A stretch of 64,000 nucleotides of DNA, taken from NCBI GenBank assembly GCA_951406725.2, contig OX597830.1, positions 64,728,001 to 64,792,000 of the forward strand, given 5' to 3'. Below, piece after piece: positions 13,638 through 26,933 of this stretch. A program made the translations under genes and the position numbers. The notes beneath the pieces were generated by a model. That model worked only from the letters and a program-made list of their open reading frames with translations. It was not told the origin of the DNA and made no database searches. This DNA is from Octopus vulgaris. Lineage: Eukaryota. Numbering within the stretch: position 1 is the stretch's first letter; every line of letters starts with the position of its first letter.

Positions 13638-14626
13638 AAAAATGAAGGAGCAATAATTAGGTTCTATCCTTTTTCTCTTACATGGATCTAAAATCCTTTT
13701 CTAAATTTTTTAATATATAAATTTTGCTAAGTTAGGATGCACCTCGTTCCCCTCACTTTTAACTCCCCCCCACTTGGAATTCATTTTTGTTTTCCAATTT
13801 ATGTCGGTTTTGATGCCACCCCTGTTCTTCTTTCTGGCTATCACCGATTCTCTGTTTGTCATTATCTTACTAGCAACTCTGATATATCCTTGTGTATAGA
13901 TAAGGGCTGTTACACTTCAGACTGTTTAAATTTGGCTGCCCCCCAAAAATCTGAGCCAATGCACAGAAACAATTATTGTGGTTAGTGATTAAAGCCAGTC
14001 TATTCCATCTTCTTGTTTTGTAAATTTATATATGGCTCTAATTTCCATAAAAAAAGTTTTAGAAGTGATTGAATCGCACTGCTAACACAGTTAGGACACA
14101 ATATTGACTTGTACGTCTTTAATATATTTAGGGAATATATTATGGTTTCATAACGAAATACGGTATCCCTACCAGCAATTCATAAAGACAAAATGAGGAA
14201 AGGGGAAAAGAAAGAGAAAAACAAATTTTGGTGTGACTTTAGCCGCCACTCGCAAGCGAGTATGGCTTCGATATCCTGAACCATGATTTCGTTAATTGTT
14301 TTAGTTGACTGAGGAGTTGAGAGCTGACATAGAAACCTTTTCGATCCCTCCATTCTTTCATCAAGCAGGACCTTAAGCTATGAAAACCATAGAACGGTTG
14401 AACTAATATTTGTCTGGTACACATTTCAGTGGACTAAACTGGAGCAACATGGAATGAAATGTCTTGCTTAAGGACGCAAAGACCCAATTGATCCAGGAAG
14501 CGAAATCATGATATTTTGGTCGTGAAACTAACACATTAATCACTTGAACTTTCCTCCACTGAATGTAAAGTGCAAAATAACATAAAGTAAAATGAATGTA
14601 AAACGGGAAATGGAGGGAATATAGAA

Positions 14627-14662
<36 letters not shown>

Positions 14663-15133
14663 ATGAAAGAAAGGAAGGATATGATAAAGGAAATAAGTGA
14701 CGGTTTGGTCTATGTATATGATATAAAGAAATAAAACCGATGAGGATATACTAAATATCATTAAGAGAGTATTTAACGAAGTTTAACGCAGCAATGAATA
14801 TTTCTGTTTGTAGCTTAGATCTCCCAGATGCATATAAAGAATTTAATACGTAGTCTTTTTCTTACTTTTTTTTTTTTTTTTACATATTTGCCAATTGATG
14901 CTAACAGAGAATTACGTACGTATATCTACTTTGATGGCAATCGGAACCTATAAAGAAAATTCCCAGCGGGACTGAGCTAAGGATAAAATATTTCTTGTTA
15001 ATATCTCGATATAAAAGATGTCATGACAATTGTTGCAAATCTTTTTGACAAGATCAGTTAAAATTTTGCATTTATGCTCATGGGAAATGCATATATTTTG
15101 AAGTATAGATGTAAACTGTGATATTTTCCCTCA

Positions 15134-15179
<46 letters not shown>

Positions 15180-15627
15180 CTTCATAAATGTATTATAGAG
15201 TATACGTAAAAAGAGACTTGGAGAGATTTTTGAAAAAATATAATTTAAGATTATATTTATCGAGTTTTCAAAAGAAATGAGTTTATTCTAACACGTATCC
15301 CAACGAGATTTTAATATGCTTTGTCACCTGAGAACACATATACACACACACACAGACGCACACGCACGCATACACACGCTCACACACAAATACATGTACA
15401 TGCACATTAAAAAATAAAGAGAATAGTGAATTACAGAAAATCGATGCAATAATCTGAATAGGAAGAAAATTGAGAGCAAAACGTAAGCGTGGACGATGAA
15501 GCGAAGATCAGAATATGTTGAATAACGTTGGCCACAAAATGGAACCCTTTCACACACCCGATGCGTGATCTGTTGAAGCAAAAGAAAATTCTATTGCTGT
15601 GATTCGCATTGACCGACATTTGGGTAA

Positions 15628-15718
<91 letters not shown>

Positions 15719-15784
15719 TATATATACATATATATATATACACTCACATATATATACATATACACACATATGAATATATATGGT

Positions 15785-16100
15785 CGAGGTGCAATGGCCC
15801 AGTGGTTAGGGCGGTGGACTCGTGGTCGGAGGATTGCAGTTTCGATTCCCAGCCCGGGCGTTGTGTGTGTTTATTGAGTTAAAACATCTAAAACTCCACG
15901 AGGCTCCGGCAAGGGGTGGTGGCAACCCCTGTTGTACTCTTTCGCCCAACTTTCTCTCACTCTCTCTTCCTGTTTCTTGAGTAACGCTGCGATGGACTGG
16001 CGTCCCGTCCAACTGGCGGGGAGAACATACGCCACAGAAACCGGGAAACGGGGCCCATGAGCCTGGCTAGGCTTGAAAAGGGGGCATAAATAAATAAAAT
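15785..16100 (+). mobile_element. tRNA-derived SINE (head B + tail ii)
   Basis: Head and body match the 10367 copy up to cttcctgtttct, then switch to gagtaacgctgcgatggactggcgtcc...gggggcataaataaataaa. Confidence 0.85.
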
Positions 16101-16190
16101 AATTATATATATATACATACATAGAATCAAGATTACATGCCTGTGAATATATATATATATATATATGTATACGCATATGTGTATACGTAT

Positions 16191-16250
<60 letters not shown>

Positions 16251-16404
16251 ATATACATATATATATATATACATATATATATACCTATATACATATATGT
16301 ATATACATATATATATATATATATGTATATACACACATATACATACATAGAAACAAGATTACATGTCTGTGAATATATATATATATAGACATGTGCATAC
16401 GTAT

Positions 16405-16448
<44 letters not shown>

Positions 16449-16766
16449 CTATATATACATATATATATATATGTATATACGTATATATACATACATATAC
16501 AAATATATGTATATATATATATACATGTACACATATATATATATATACATATACAAGTATATATATGTATGTATGTATGTATACATACATACATGACTGC
16601 AATGAAGTGCTACAAGTGTTTTCGTACAACAAAGATTGACAGCATTTATTTGTATAGCGTATGAGAAAATGAAAGTAATTGAGCGAATGTATATTTCTAA
16701 ACATGCAACATCACGTGTCTATGTGCATGTTTAATTGTCTACGCGACAAAATGTTCAACACGTAAG

Positions 16767-16838
<72 letters not shown>

Positions 16839-16893
16839 GCTGTCGGCCTGTCTGCTTGTCTATATTTGTATGTGTGTGCATGTATATGTATGT

Positions 16894-16971
<78 letters not shown>

Positions 16972-17500
16972 CAACTCATTTCTCTGTACAAGAACGATGA
17001 ACGCAGTCATCCGCAGAATGTTTAAATGCAGATATAACTTCACAGTTGACCGGCTATAGAGTAATATTGACTTGCTGAACAAAAGGTCAGTGTTTATTAA
17101 CCCGATAATGATGCTGTATTGTATATCTGACATGATATCTCCCTCTTCAATGTAGCCAATAATAATTACTCCGAAGTATTACGATCAAACTAGCCGTGGA
17201 TAATTTAGAGCTCAATATATTCGTTCACAGAGAAATAAATAGCGACAGAAGAGAGAACAGGTTTGTTGGTTTCATAAGTTTACAACGGTGACTTGGAAAC
17301 CTAACATGGAAATGTCACAGAATATGCATATAATCTACCTATTTTGGGATCATTTCATGAGTAGAGTGACCTCAAGTATGTCTATACAACTATGAAACAT
17401 ATTGTATTTTCCCAAGATCAACTGAATATACCCATGGAGCACCTGGACCGATGCATTGCTTTAAATGGAGAATGCTTTGAAGGCGATAAAAGTATAAATA

Positions 17501-17735
17501 TCAGGTCATGCCATAAGTTCTGCCCGAATTTTGAATAAAGAAAACAAATGATCAAATGTCCTATTTAATTGAAATTTCATCATCAATGTACTTTCCCTGA
17601 TTATCTATGATTTCCTACTATCTATTTACAAGCTGTTACAGCAATGTAACTCACTTTTGGTTTCAAAGCGAAGAACTCTGAAATGTCAGTTTCGACCTCC
17701 TCCTGGCTTACGAAAGTTGTGTTCCCCAAATGATT
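17501..17735 (-). mobile_element. Mariner-type transposon 3' end (transposase C-terminus + TIR), decayed
   Basis: Minus translation ...FVSQEEVETDISEFFALKPK...LVNR...IIDNQGKYIDD resembles mariner C-termini. TIR-like tcaggtcatgccataagttctgccc follows TA. A second Tc1-like C-terminus (RCIALNGECFEGDK*) abuts it on plus at ~17445-17497. Confidence 0.65.
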
Positions 17736-17863
17736 TAAATATATATGCGCATGTCTAGACATGCAACTCTAATAAAGGTATTGTGCTCCGATTGATAATC
17801 CCACACTGATAACTCTGTTTTAATTCATACATACATACATACATACACACACTAACACACATA

Positions 17864-17931
<68 letters not shown>

Positions 17932-18018
17932 AATATGTATATGTATATATATATCCGTGTGGAAGTCATTGTGTGTGCAAATTAAATTTAAGAAGGCTTC
18001 ATAGACAAAATGTATAAA

Positions 18019-18392
18019 GGCGCAGGAGTGGCTGTGTGGTAAGTAGCTTGCTAACCAACCACATGGTTCCGGGTTCAGTCCCACTGCGTGGCATCTTGGG
18101 CAAGTGTCTTCTACTATAGCCCCGGGCCGACCAATGCCTTGTGAGTGGATTTGGTAGACGGAAACTGAAAGAAGCCTGTCGTATATATGTATATATATAT
18201 ATATGTGTGTGTTTGTGTTTGTCCCCCTAGCATTGCTTGACAACCGATGCTGGTGTTGTTTACTCAAAAGAGACCGATAGAATAAGTACTGGGCTTACAC
18301 AGAATAAGTCCCGGGGTCGATTTGCTCGACTAAAGGCGGTGCTCCAGCATGGCTGCAGTCAAATGACTGAAACAAGTAAAAGAGTAAAAGAG
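18019..18392 (+). mobile_element. Full-length SINE family C (tRNA head, internal TA/TG microsatellite, CR1-like tail)
   Basis: Head ggcgcaggagtggctgtgtggtaag...gttcagtccc; tail ggcggtgctccagcatggc...gaaacaagtaaaagagtaaaagag. 9-bp TSD atgtataaa at 18010-18018 and 18393-18401. Confidence 0.9.
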
Positions 18393-18817
18393 ATGTATAA
18401 ATTTTTACCGTCGGGATTGTGTTTTACCGTCAGGATGTATGTTTGTTATTAACATAACACTCATCAGTTTACCGATTCCCGTTTCCAATAAACCACTTAC
18501 CATGATGTGCATCAGTTAATTAATTAATTAATTGATAGGTAAATTCTTTACACTGTTATTTAAATGAGAAAAATTACGTTTAATTCCGTCCAAATGTGCT
18601 TTATTATAATTCACAACATACTACAATCCTCTTTGATCGTGAATATATAACCGATATCTGACGAGGATTTAACAAAGCCTGAAACAAATATGGCTGAATT
18701 GTCTTTCTGATCACAAAGACACCGTTAATATAAGAAAGCTGAATGTGTTTTATAACAAACAGTTTCATGGTTTTACATACCTTATCGAGGCAGAATGCCT
18801 CTTATTCATTTACAAAA

Positions 18818-18896
<79 letters not shown>

Positions 18897-19073
18897 TATA
18901 ATGTTTATATGTCAATAAAATATCCTGTTATTTTAGCCCCAGGAAAATATCTTTTCCAGCTGGCTATCGTCACACGGTTTGTGCCCGTATATCACTTGCA
19001 TATATATATATATATATATAAATATATACATACATACATACATGCATACATACATACATACACACACACACAT

Positions 19074-19123
<50 letters not shown>

Positions 19124-19195
19124 CAACCACATATGTATATAAACAAACTTACATTTATTTTGTAAATATATATACGTATGTATGTACATGGATGC

Positions 19196-19236
<41 letters not shown>

Positions 19237-19357
19237 TTATACATATACATACACACACATACTCACGCATATACATATATATATATATATATATGCATGC
19301 ATGTACATATATGCGTATATATATATATTTAGAAAACAGATGTAACCTGGTTGTTAC

Positions 19358-19393
<36 letters not shown>

Positions 19394-19650
19394 GCTTATA
19401 GGGATACAGGACGTCACCAACTGTGTAAACAACATGAAATATGAATACAAACGAGTTAAATACGCAAAGAATGAGGGAAGAATGGAAAACAGGGCAAGTA
19501 AACACAGAAAACGGCCCCTAATCAGCTGTCTATCTACTCCTCATTTCGAGCATTCAATAAAGATGCACACACACACAAATATATATAATATATGTCCATG
19601 CACTGACACACACACATATATACATATATATATATATATGTGTGTGTGGA

Positions 19651-19710
<60 letters not shown>

Positions 19711-20339
19711 TATACATGTGTGTGTATCTGTGTGCGTGTGTTTGTGCGTGCGTGTGTGCGTATGTGTTAAGTTTTGTTAGGAAAATGTTGACAATAGTGT
19801 TACAACACTAAAAAGCACACTACAACACCAGGGCGCCACTGCAAAACTCGAGTTGGTCAGTAAGTCTACTGGAGGCGAGCCAGCCAAAACTTCGAAGTCA
19901 CATTCAACATATTCCAAGTAAGAGTCAATACACATCTCCTCCACTCTTACGTATTGCGCAATCCTTCAGCTGAATACTTAAAATGCGTTATATAACTTAT
20001 AATAAAACCATACATACACACAAATATACATACATATATACACTCATATATATATATATTATATATATTTATATATATGTGTGTTTGTGTGTGTATGTGT
20101 GTGTGTGTGTGCATGTGTGTGAGTGTCTGTGTTTATTTGTTTACATATATGTATATCTACCTGTATGAACACCCCACATCACCATGACGTCAGCTATGGC
20201 GGCCACTCGGGTATGGTGGTGCTAGTGGTGGTGGTGGTGGTGGTGGTAGGGGGTGGGGTATACTTTGCTGCATGTCTTGAAACACAGCCATCTTCTCCCT
20301 GTGAAGGTGCCAACTATTTCTGACTCCGAACTATAATTA

Positions 20340-20407
20340 ACAACTGCGATAACAAGAGCAATAACAATAATGATAAAGATAACAACAACAATAATAATCA
20401 AAATATA

Positions 20408-20448
<41 letters not shown>

Positions 20449-20591
20449 CAACAATAATAATGATAATAATAATGATGATGATAATAATAATAATAATAAT
20501 AATGATGATAATAATAATAGTAATAATGATAATAATAATAATAATTACAATAATAATAATAATAATGATAATAATAATAATAATAATAATG

Positions 20592-20664
<73 letters not shown>

Positions 20665-20680
20665 ATAATAATAATAAAAT
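20340..20680. repeat. (AAT)n/(GAT)n microsatellite
   Basis: Direct reading. Confidence 0.95.
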
Positions 20681-20900
20681 AGCAACATCAACAGCAAAAA
20701 ACAGCATCGACTAAGTTAATGTTTGTGATGTTTATCACCAAGGGCAGAGCGGAGCCAGTTTTATATCCATTAAGACGTAATGCAGTAAGGTAAGGAGGAT
20801 GTTGAAACGAATACGTAATGCAATTACGTATATCCAAATATGCACGCAATTAAATAATCTCACTATCCATATATGTGTGCGTATGTGTGTGTGTGAGTTT

Positions 20901-20939
<39 letters not shown>

Positions 20940-20943
20940 TATA

Positions 20944-21112
20944 GGTGCAGGCGTGGCTGTGTGGTAAGAAGCTTGCTTCTCAAACACATGGTACTGGGTT
21001 CAGTTCCACTGCATGGCACCTTGGTCAATTGTCTTCTACTGTAGCCCTGGGCTGACCAAAGCCCTGTGAGTGGATGATATTTGGTAGACGGAAACTGAAA
21101 GAATTTCGTCGT
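20944..21112 (+). mobile_element. SINE family C 5' half
   Basis: Matches 18019-18182. Confidence 0.8.
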
Positions 21113-21125
21113 ATATATATATAGA

Positions 21126-21441
21126 GCACTCCGTCGGTTGCGACGACGAGGGTCCCACCTGATACGATCTACGGAACAGCTTGCTTGTGAAATTAACGTG
21201 CAAGTGGCTGAGCACTCCACAAACATGTGCACACATAACGTAGTTCTCGGGGAGATTCAGTGTGACAAAGAGTGTGACAAGGCTGGCCCCTTGAAATACA
21301 GGCACTTCTCACCTTTACCAGCTGAGTGGACTGGAGCAAGGGGAAATAAAGTGTCTTGCCCAAGGACACAACGCGCCGCCGGGAATTGAACTCACGACCT
21401 TACGATCATGAGCCGATTCCCCCTAACCACTAAGCCATGCC
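21126..21441 (-). mobile_element. SINE (A-like head + tail i)
   Basis: Minus ggcatggcttagtggttaggg...gagttcaattccc...gtgtccttgggcaagacacttt joined to tail i. Confidence 0.85.
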
Positions 21442-21457
21442 ATATATATATATATAT

Positions 21458-21843
21458 ACTCTCTTTTACTTGTTTCAGTCAGTTGACTGCGGCTATGCAG
21501 GAGCACCGCCTTTAGTCGAGCGACTCGACCCCGGGACTTATTCTTTGTAAGCCCAGTAATTATTCTATCGGTCTCTTTTGCCGAACCGCTAAGTAACGGG
21601 GATGTAAACACGCCAGCATCGGTTGTCAAGCAATGCTAGCGGGACAAACACAGACACACAAACATACACGCACACATATATATGTATACATATATACGAC
21701 GGGCTTCTTTCAGTTTCCGTCTACCAAATCCACTCACAAGGCTTTGGTCGGCCCGAGGCTATAGTAGAAGACACTTGCCCAAGATGCCACGCTGTGGGAC
21801 TGAACCCGGAACCATGTGGTTGGTAAGCAAGCTACTTACCACA
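21458..21843 (-). mobile_element. SINE family C, near full length
   Basis: Reverse complement of 18019-18392, with an extra internal segment. Confidence 0.9.
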
Positions 21844-22227
21844 TATAATACATATGTATATATATATAATGTTTGTGTGGGGGGGATGTTAATATATGTT
21901 GGCGCGTAATTATGTTACATATCCTTTTAACATTCTCTTTACCTTCCTGCATTACGTCTTAATGGATATAAAACTGGCTCCGTTCTGCCCTTGGTGATAA
22001 ACGTTAGGGTTGGTTGACTCATCATCCTGAGATTGTGTTTTCTGGACAGAGTTGTGTTCTGGAGTAAGACGATGCATTTCCCCATTGTTCAAGTTCTTTT
22101 AGCTGGCAAAAATGAGTATTCCTGCGAAGGGCCGGCGGTGTTGGGGGGAATATAAACGCCACCGAAACTGGGAAACTAGCTTTATTACTTTTATAAATTT
22201 AAAGAAAGGGCTATTTTAAATATAGTT

Positions 22228-22687
22228 ATACATACATACATACATACATACATACATACATACATACATACATACATACATACATACATACATACATACA
22301 TACATGCATATATACATACATACATACATGCATACATACATACATACATACATACATACATACATGCATACATACATACATACATACATACATACATACA
22401 TACATACATACATACATGCATATATACATACATACATACATGCATACATACCTACATACATGCATATATACATACATACATGCATATATACATACATGCA
22501 TATATACATACATACATACATGCATACATACCTACATACATGCATATATACATACATACATACATACATATATACATACATGCAATATATACATACATAC
22601 ATACATACATACATACATGCATGCATACATACATACATACGTATACATACATACATACATACATACATGCATACATACATACATGCA

Positions 22688-22721
<34 letters not shown>

Positions 22722-22861
22722 CATACATACACACATACATACATATATACATACATACACACATACATATATACATACATACATACATACGTATACATAC
22801 ATACATACATGCATACATACATACATGCATACATACATACATACATACATACATACATACA

Positions 22862-22895
<34 letters not shown>

Positions 22896-22905
22896 CATAC
22901 ATACA
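22228..22905. repeat. Long (TACA)n microsatellite with TGCA/TATA variants
   Basis: Direct reading. Source of the MYVC/HTYI ORFs. Confidence 0.95.
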
Positions 22906-23584
22906 TGCAGAATCAGCGTACCGCAGTGTGTGACAAGGCTTGAAATACAGGTACATTACACCGTATAGGATTTTTCTGTATTATATTTGATAGTATCGAA
23001 GATGCACGGAGAGATTTGGCTCACCCAGAAGTCAGCAATATTCATTCAGGAAGAAAGTTTGTAACGCAATACAGCATGTTTTATAGGGTCATCGTTGCAT
23101 ATCGGGCGCGGAGTAATGTTTGGAGACACGATTTGGGGCAAAAGAACGTTTCACATACTATCAAATACGGTAGTTCTCGTCGTCCCATTTTCACTTATAA
23201 GTTAAGACTCAACTCGAAACTGTAAAAGAAAATGTCATTTGTCCAAGACGCAATGGTGTAGGATCGACCCCGGAAACACGTGATTGCGAAGCGACCTTCT
23301 TAACTGTTCGGCCATACTTATGTCTGCTCTGATCATAAACACATTGATAAAGCAGAAACATAACTCAGGAAGTTACGAATTCCAATAAATCTTTTGCGAC
23401 TTCACTGTCTGCGAAATAATTTATGAAAGAATAATGAAAGTAATTCAAAGAAATTCTTTGTAGAACTGGTGTTTGGTATTTAAATCAATTCACGGAACTG
23501 GGTTATTGTGTTAAGACAGGAAATTACAAGCATGTATTTCTTACGAATCTGTCTTCCATAAGATATGTTTTATTTTAAACTCGG

Positions 23585-23662
<78 letters not shown>

Positions 23663-23789
23663 ATATATATATATATACAGGGTATTCAAAAGGTCTCTCC
23701 GCAATGAAATTTTTTCGTCTTCTGCATCACTATGCCGCCACTTCAAGAGTTATTCGGTGAACGGATTATTTCGAAGGGACTTAGGCCAC
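22904..23789 (+). repeat. Left arm of a large inverted duplication
   Basis: Reverse complement of 24995-25850. The identical 69-aa spurious ORF appears at 23016(+) and 25738(-). Confidence 0.95.
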
Positions 23790-24196
23790 GGCGGACGGGT
23801 GAATGTGTGTTGAATAAAATGAGACAACAAAGCCAAGGTATTGTAAAATTTCTAGGACATATATAAAGAGAGAGGTAGTCACACAGCTGCTTCATCAGAG
23901 ACGATATGAGAGAGTTAAACAGAGGGAAATAGTAGAGTTCTATATAAGTTATTTTGGAAAGGAAGAGATACAGGAAGCATAAAGGGAATGTATGTTACAG
24001 TTGCTGTTCCATTATCGAAGGAAAGTGGTGTGTAGAATGTGTAGAAAGGCTTCTGGGTGCATGGTATGTAAATTCCGATAGGGGTTTATATTTTGTTATT
24101 ACAAATTGATAGCACGGAGACATCAACTCCATGGGTTGTTCATTCAAAGGGCTCTTGTAGTGTGAATACGACCCACATTAGACTCCTCACTCATTC

Positions 24197-24264
24197 TATT
24201 ATCGAACCAGGAGTCTAACCACTCATATGTATATGCGACGGATCGTGGTTAGACTCCCGATTCG

Positions 24265-24270
<6 letters not shown>
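24197..24270. repeat. 26-bp inverted repeat (hairpin) with 22-nt loop
   Basis: tattatcgaaccaggagtctaaccac ... gtggttagactcccgattcgataata, 2 mismatches. Confidence 0.85.
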
Positions 24271-24306
<36 letters not shown>

Positions 24307-24418
24307 TGACTGCAGCCATGCTGGCCCACCACATTAAGGGGTTTTAATCGAACAAATCGACCCAAGTACTTATTCTCTTTAAGCTTATCGACTTATTTGC
24401 TGAAGCGCTAAGTTACAG

Positions 24419-24449
<31 letters not shown>

Positions 24450-24866
24450 AAGAAAACGGAGAATACATAAACAGAATGATCATTCATTTATTACATAGTC
24501 AAGTCGAATTAATGAGTTCATTCATGTTGCCTACACTGCGTTTCGGTTGATTGCTCTTCTCGATATTTACACATTATTATGTTGAAAAACATAAACTGAT
24601 TATTCTGTGTATGTATTTTCCTTTTTCTTTGTATTGTTAAACTTTTTCTCCTATTTCGAAAATGATGTAAACCTCTATAGTGACAACTGGAATTTCAAAA
24701 GTGTAAGGTATTAATATCGAAGAAGAACCATCGATAAATAATAGTACATATACATATGTAGAATCTTCCTGTATCTTTAGGCAATAATAGTACTGGACTG
24801 GTGTACGGTTAGATGATATATCCCTAGGAAAGAACAATTTATCTCCATACTGACTTATATATATAT

Positions 24867-25106
24867 GGGGTGTTCACAAAACCTTCACGCAGTAAGTATA
24901 TAAATGGTTTTCGGGCGATTCTTGTGCACTGGCGATTTAGTTGCCTCCCCCCCCCCACGAAAAAAGTCTGGCGGTTTCAAATAGTGCGATCTTGGTGGCC
25001 TAAGTCCCTTCGAAATAATCCGTTCACCGAATAACTCTTGAAGTGGCGGCATAGTGATGCAGAAGACGAAAAAATTTCATTGCGGAGAGACCTTTTGAAT
25101 ACCCTG
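24867..25106 (-). mobile_element. Internally deleted Tc1/mariner-superfamily element
   Basis: Imperfect TIRs (ggggtgttcacaaaacc / cagggtattcaaaaggtc) flanked by TA. Minus translation LQELFGERIISKGLRPPRSHYLKPPDFF...KSPVHKNRPKT resembles the WPPRSPDL-PDFFLWG motif. Confidence 0.7.
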
Positions 25107-25121
25107 TATATATATATATAT

Positions 25122-25169
<48 letters not shown>

Positions 25170-25850
25170 CCGAGTTTAAAATAAAACATATCTTATGGAA
25201 GACAGATTCGTAAGAAATGCATGCTTGTAATTTCCTGTCTTAACACAATAACCCAGTTCCGTGAATTGATTTAAATACCAAACACCAGTTCTACAAAGAA
25301 TTTCTTTGAATTACTTTCATTATTCTTTCATAAATTATTTCGCAGACAGTGAAGTCGCAAAAGATTTATTGGAATTCGTAACTTCCTGAGTTATGTTTCT
25401 GCTTTATCAATGTGTTTATGATCAGAGCAGACATAAGTATGGCCGAACAGTTAAGAAGGTCGCTTCGCAATCACGTGTTTCCGGGGTCGATCCTACACCA
25501 TTGCGTCTTGGACAAATGACATTTTCTTTTACAGTTTCGAGTTGAGTCTTAACTTATAAGTGAAAATGGGACGACGAGAACTACCGTATTTGATAGTATG
25601 TGAAACGTTCTTTTGCCCCAAATCGTGTCTCCAAACATTACTCCGCGCCCGATATGCAACGATGACCCTATAAAACATGCTGTATTGCGTTACAAACTTT
25701 CTTCCTGAATGAATATTGCTGACTTCTGGGTGAGCCAAATCTCTCCGTGCATCTTCGATACTATCAAATATAATACAGAAAAATCCTATACGGTGTAATG
25801 TACCTGTATTTCAAGCCTTGTCACACACTGCGGTACGCTGATTCTGCATG
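24995..25850 (-). repeat. Right arm (donor copy) of the inverted duplication
   Basis: Both ends continue into intact TE sequence: the Tc1 relic on the left and SINE tail i on the right. The left arm does not. Confidence 0.9.
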
Positions 25851-25957
25851 AGATTTACGTTACAGGTACAAATGTCTGTGGAATAGGCAACCTCTTACGC
25901 TTCAGCATAAGTGGATACGAAGGAACGTTAGTTGATAAAAAGACTGAATCTATAACC

Positions 25958-26353
25958 TTTTCTCCTCTAGGCACAAGGCCCGAAATGTTGGGGCAGGGTC
26001 CAGTCGATTAGATCGACTTCAGTATGCAACTGGTACTTAATTTATCGACCCCGAAAGGTTGAAACGCAAAGTCGACGTCTGCGGAATTTGAACTCAGAAC
26101 GTAAAGACTGATGAAATACCTATTTCTTTACTACCCACAAGGGGCTAAACACAGAGAGGACAAACAAGGACAGACAAACGGATTAAGACGATTCCATCGA
26201 CCCTAGTGCGTAACTGGTACTTTATTTATCGACCCCGAAAGGATGAAAGGCAATGTCGACCTCAGCGGAATTTGAACTCAGAACGTAAAGACTGACCAAA
26301 TCCCGCTAAGCATTTCGTCGGCGTGCTAACAATTCTACCAGCTCGCTGCCTTA
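25958..26353 (-). mobile_element. Two head-to-tail SINE family D copies
   Basis: Repeated atcgaccccgaaagg...ggaatttgaactcagaacgtaaagactga, with different tails. actgaatct flanks the pair. Confidence 0.85.
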
Positions 26354-26711
26354 AAACTGAATCTTTATTGCCAAACGACTTATGCCTACCATATAAATAG
26401 GACTCTTTTAACACGGTCCTGTCTGCCTGATTTCCGCTGATAAAAACACATGCTTTGGTTTAATTTAAAAAGTAAAAGAAGAATTTACTTACAGTTTTCG
26501 TCGATTGTTTTCGTTTTAGATCCATGGTTTCTTCGTCTGCGGAATATGTTATAGCTTCGGGTCTTTCCATCTCGCACAATTTCTGAAAATTTGAATTTCA
26601 TTAAATTGTCAAAATCGTTTCTGTAAATCTAAATAAGCCTCTTTAAAGTCTCCAATTGTATTTTCGAATTCATTAAAAGAATGAGAGGAAAGTGGAAAAT
26701 GTAATGCATAA

Positions 26712-26771
<60 letters not shown>

Positions 26772-26864
26772 TTATTTATATATATATATATATATAAATA
26801 TATGTATATATATGTGTGTGTGTATATGTATATATGTATATATAAAGACATGCATACATACATT

Positions 26865-26931
<67 letters not shown>

Positions 26932-26933
<2 letters not shown>

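Noticed and set aside
23016-25738. Identical 69-aa ORF on both strands, suggesting a duplicated gene
   Set aside because: A by-product of the inverted duplication. Non-ATG start and no recognisable motif.
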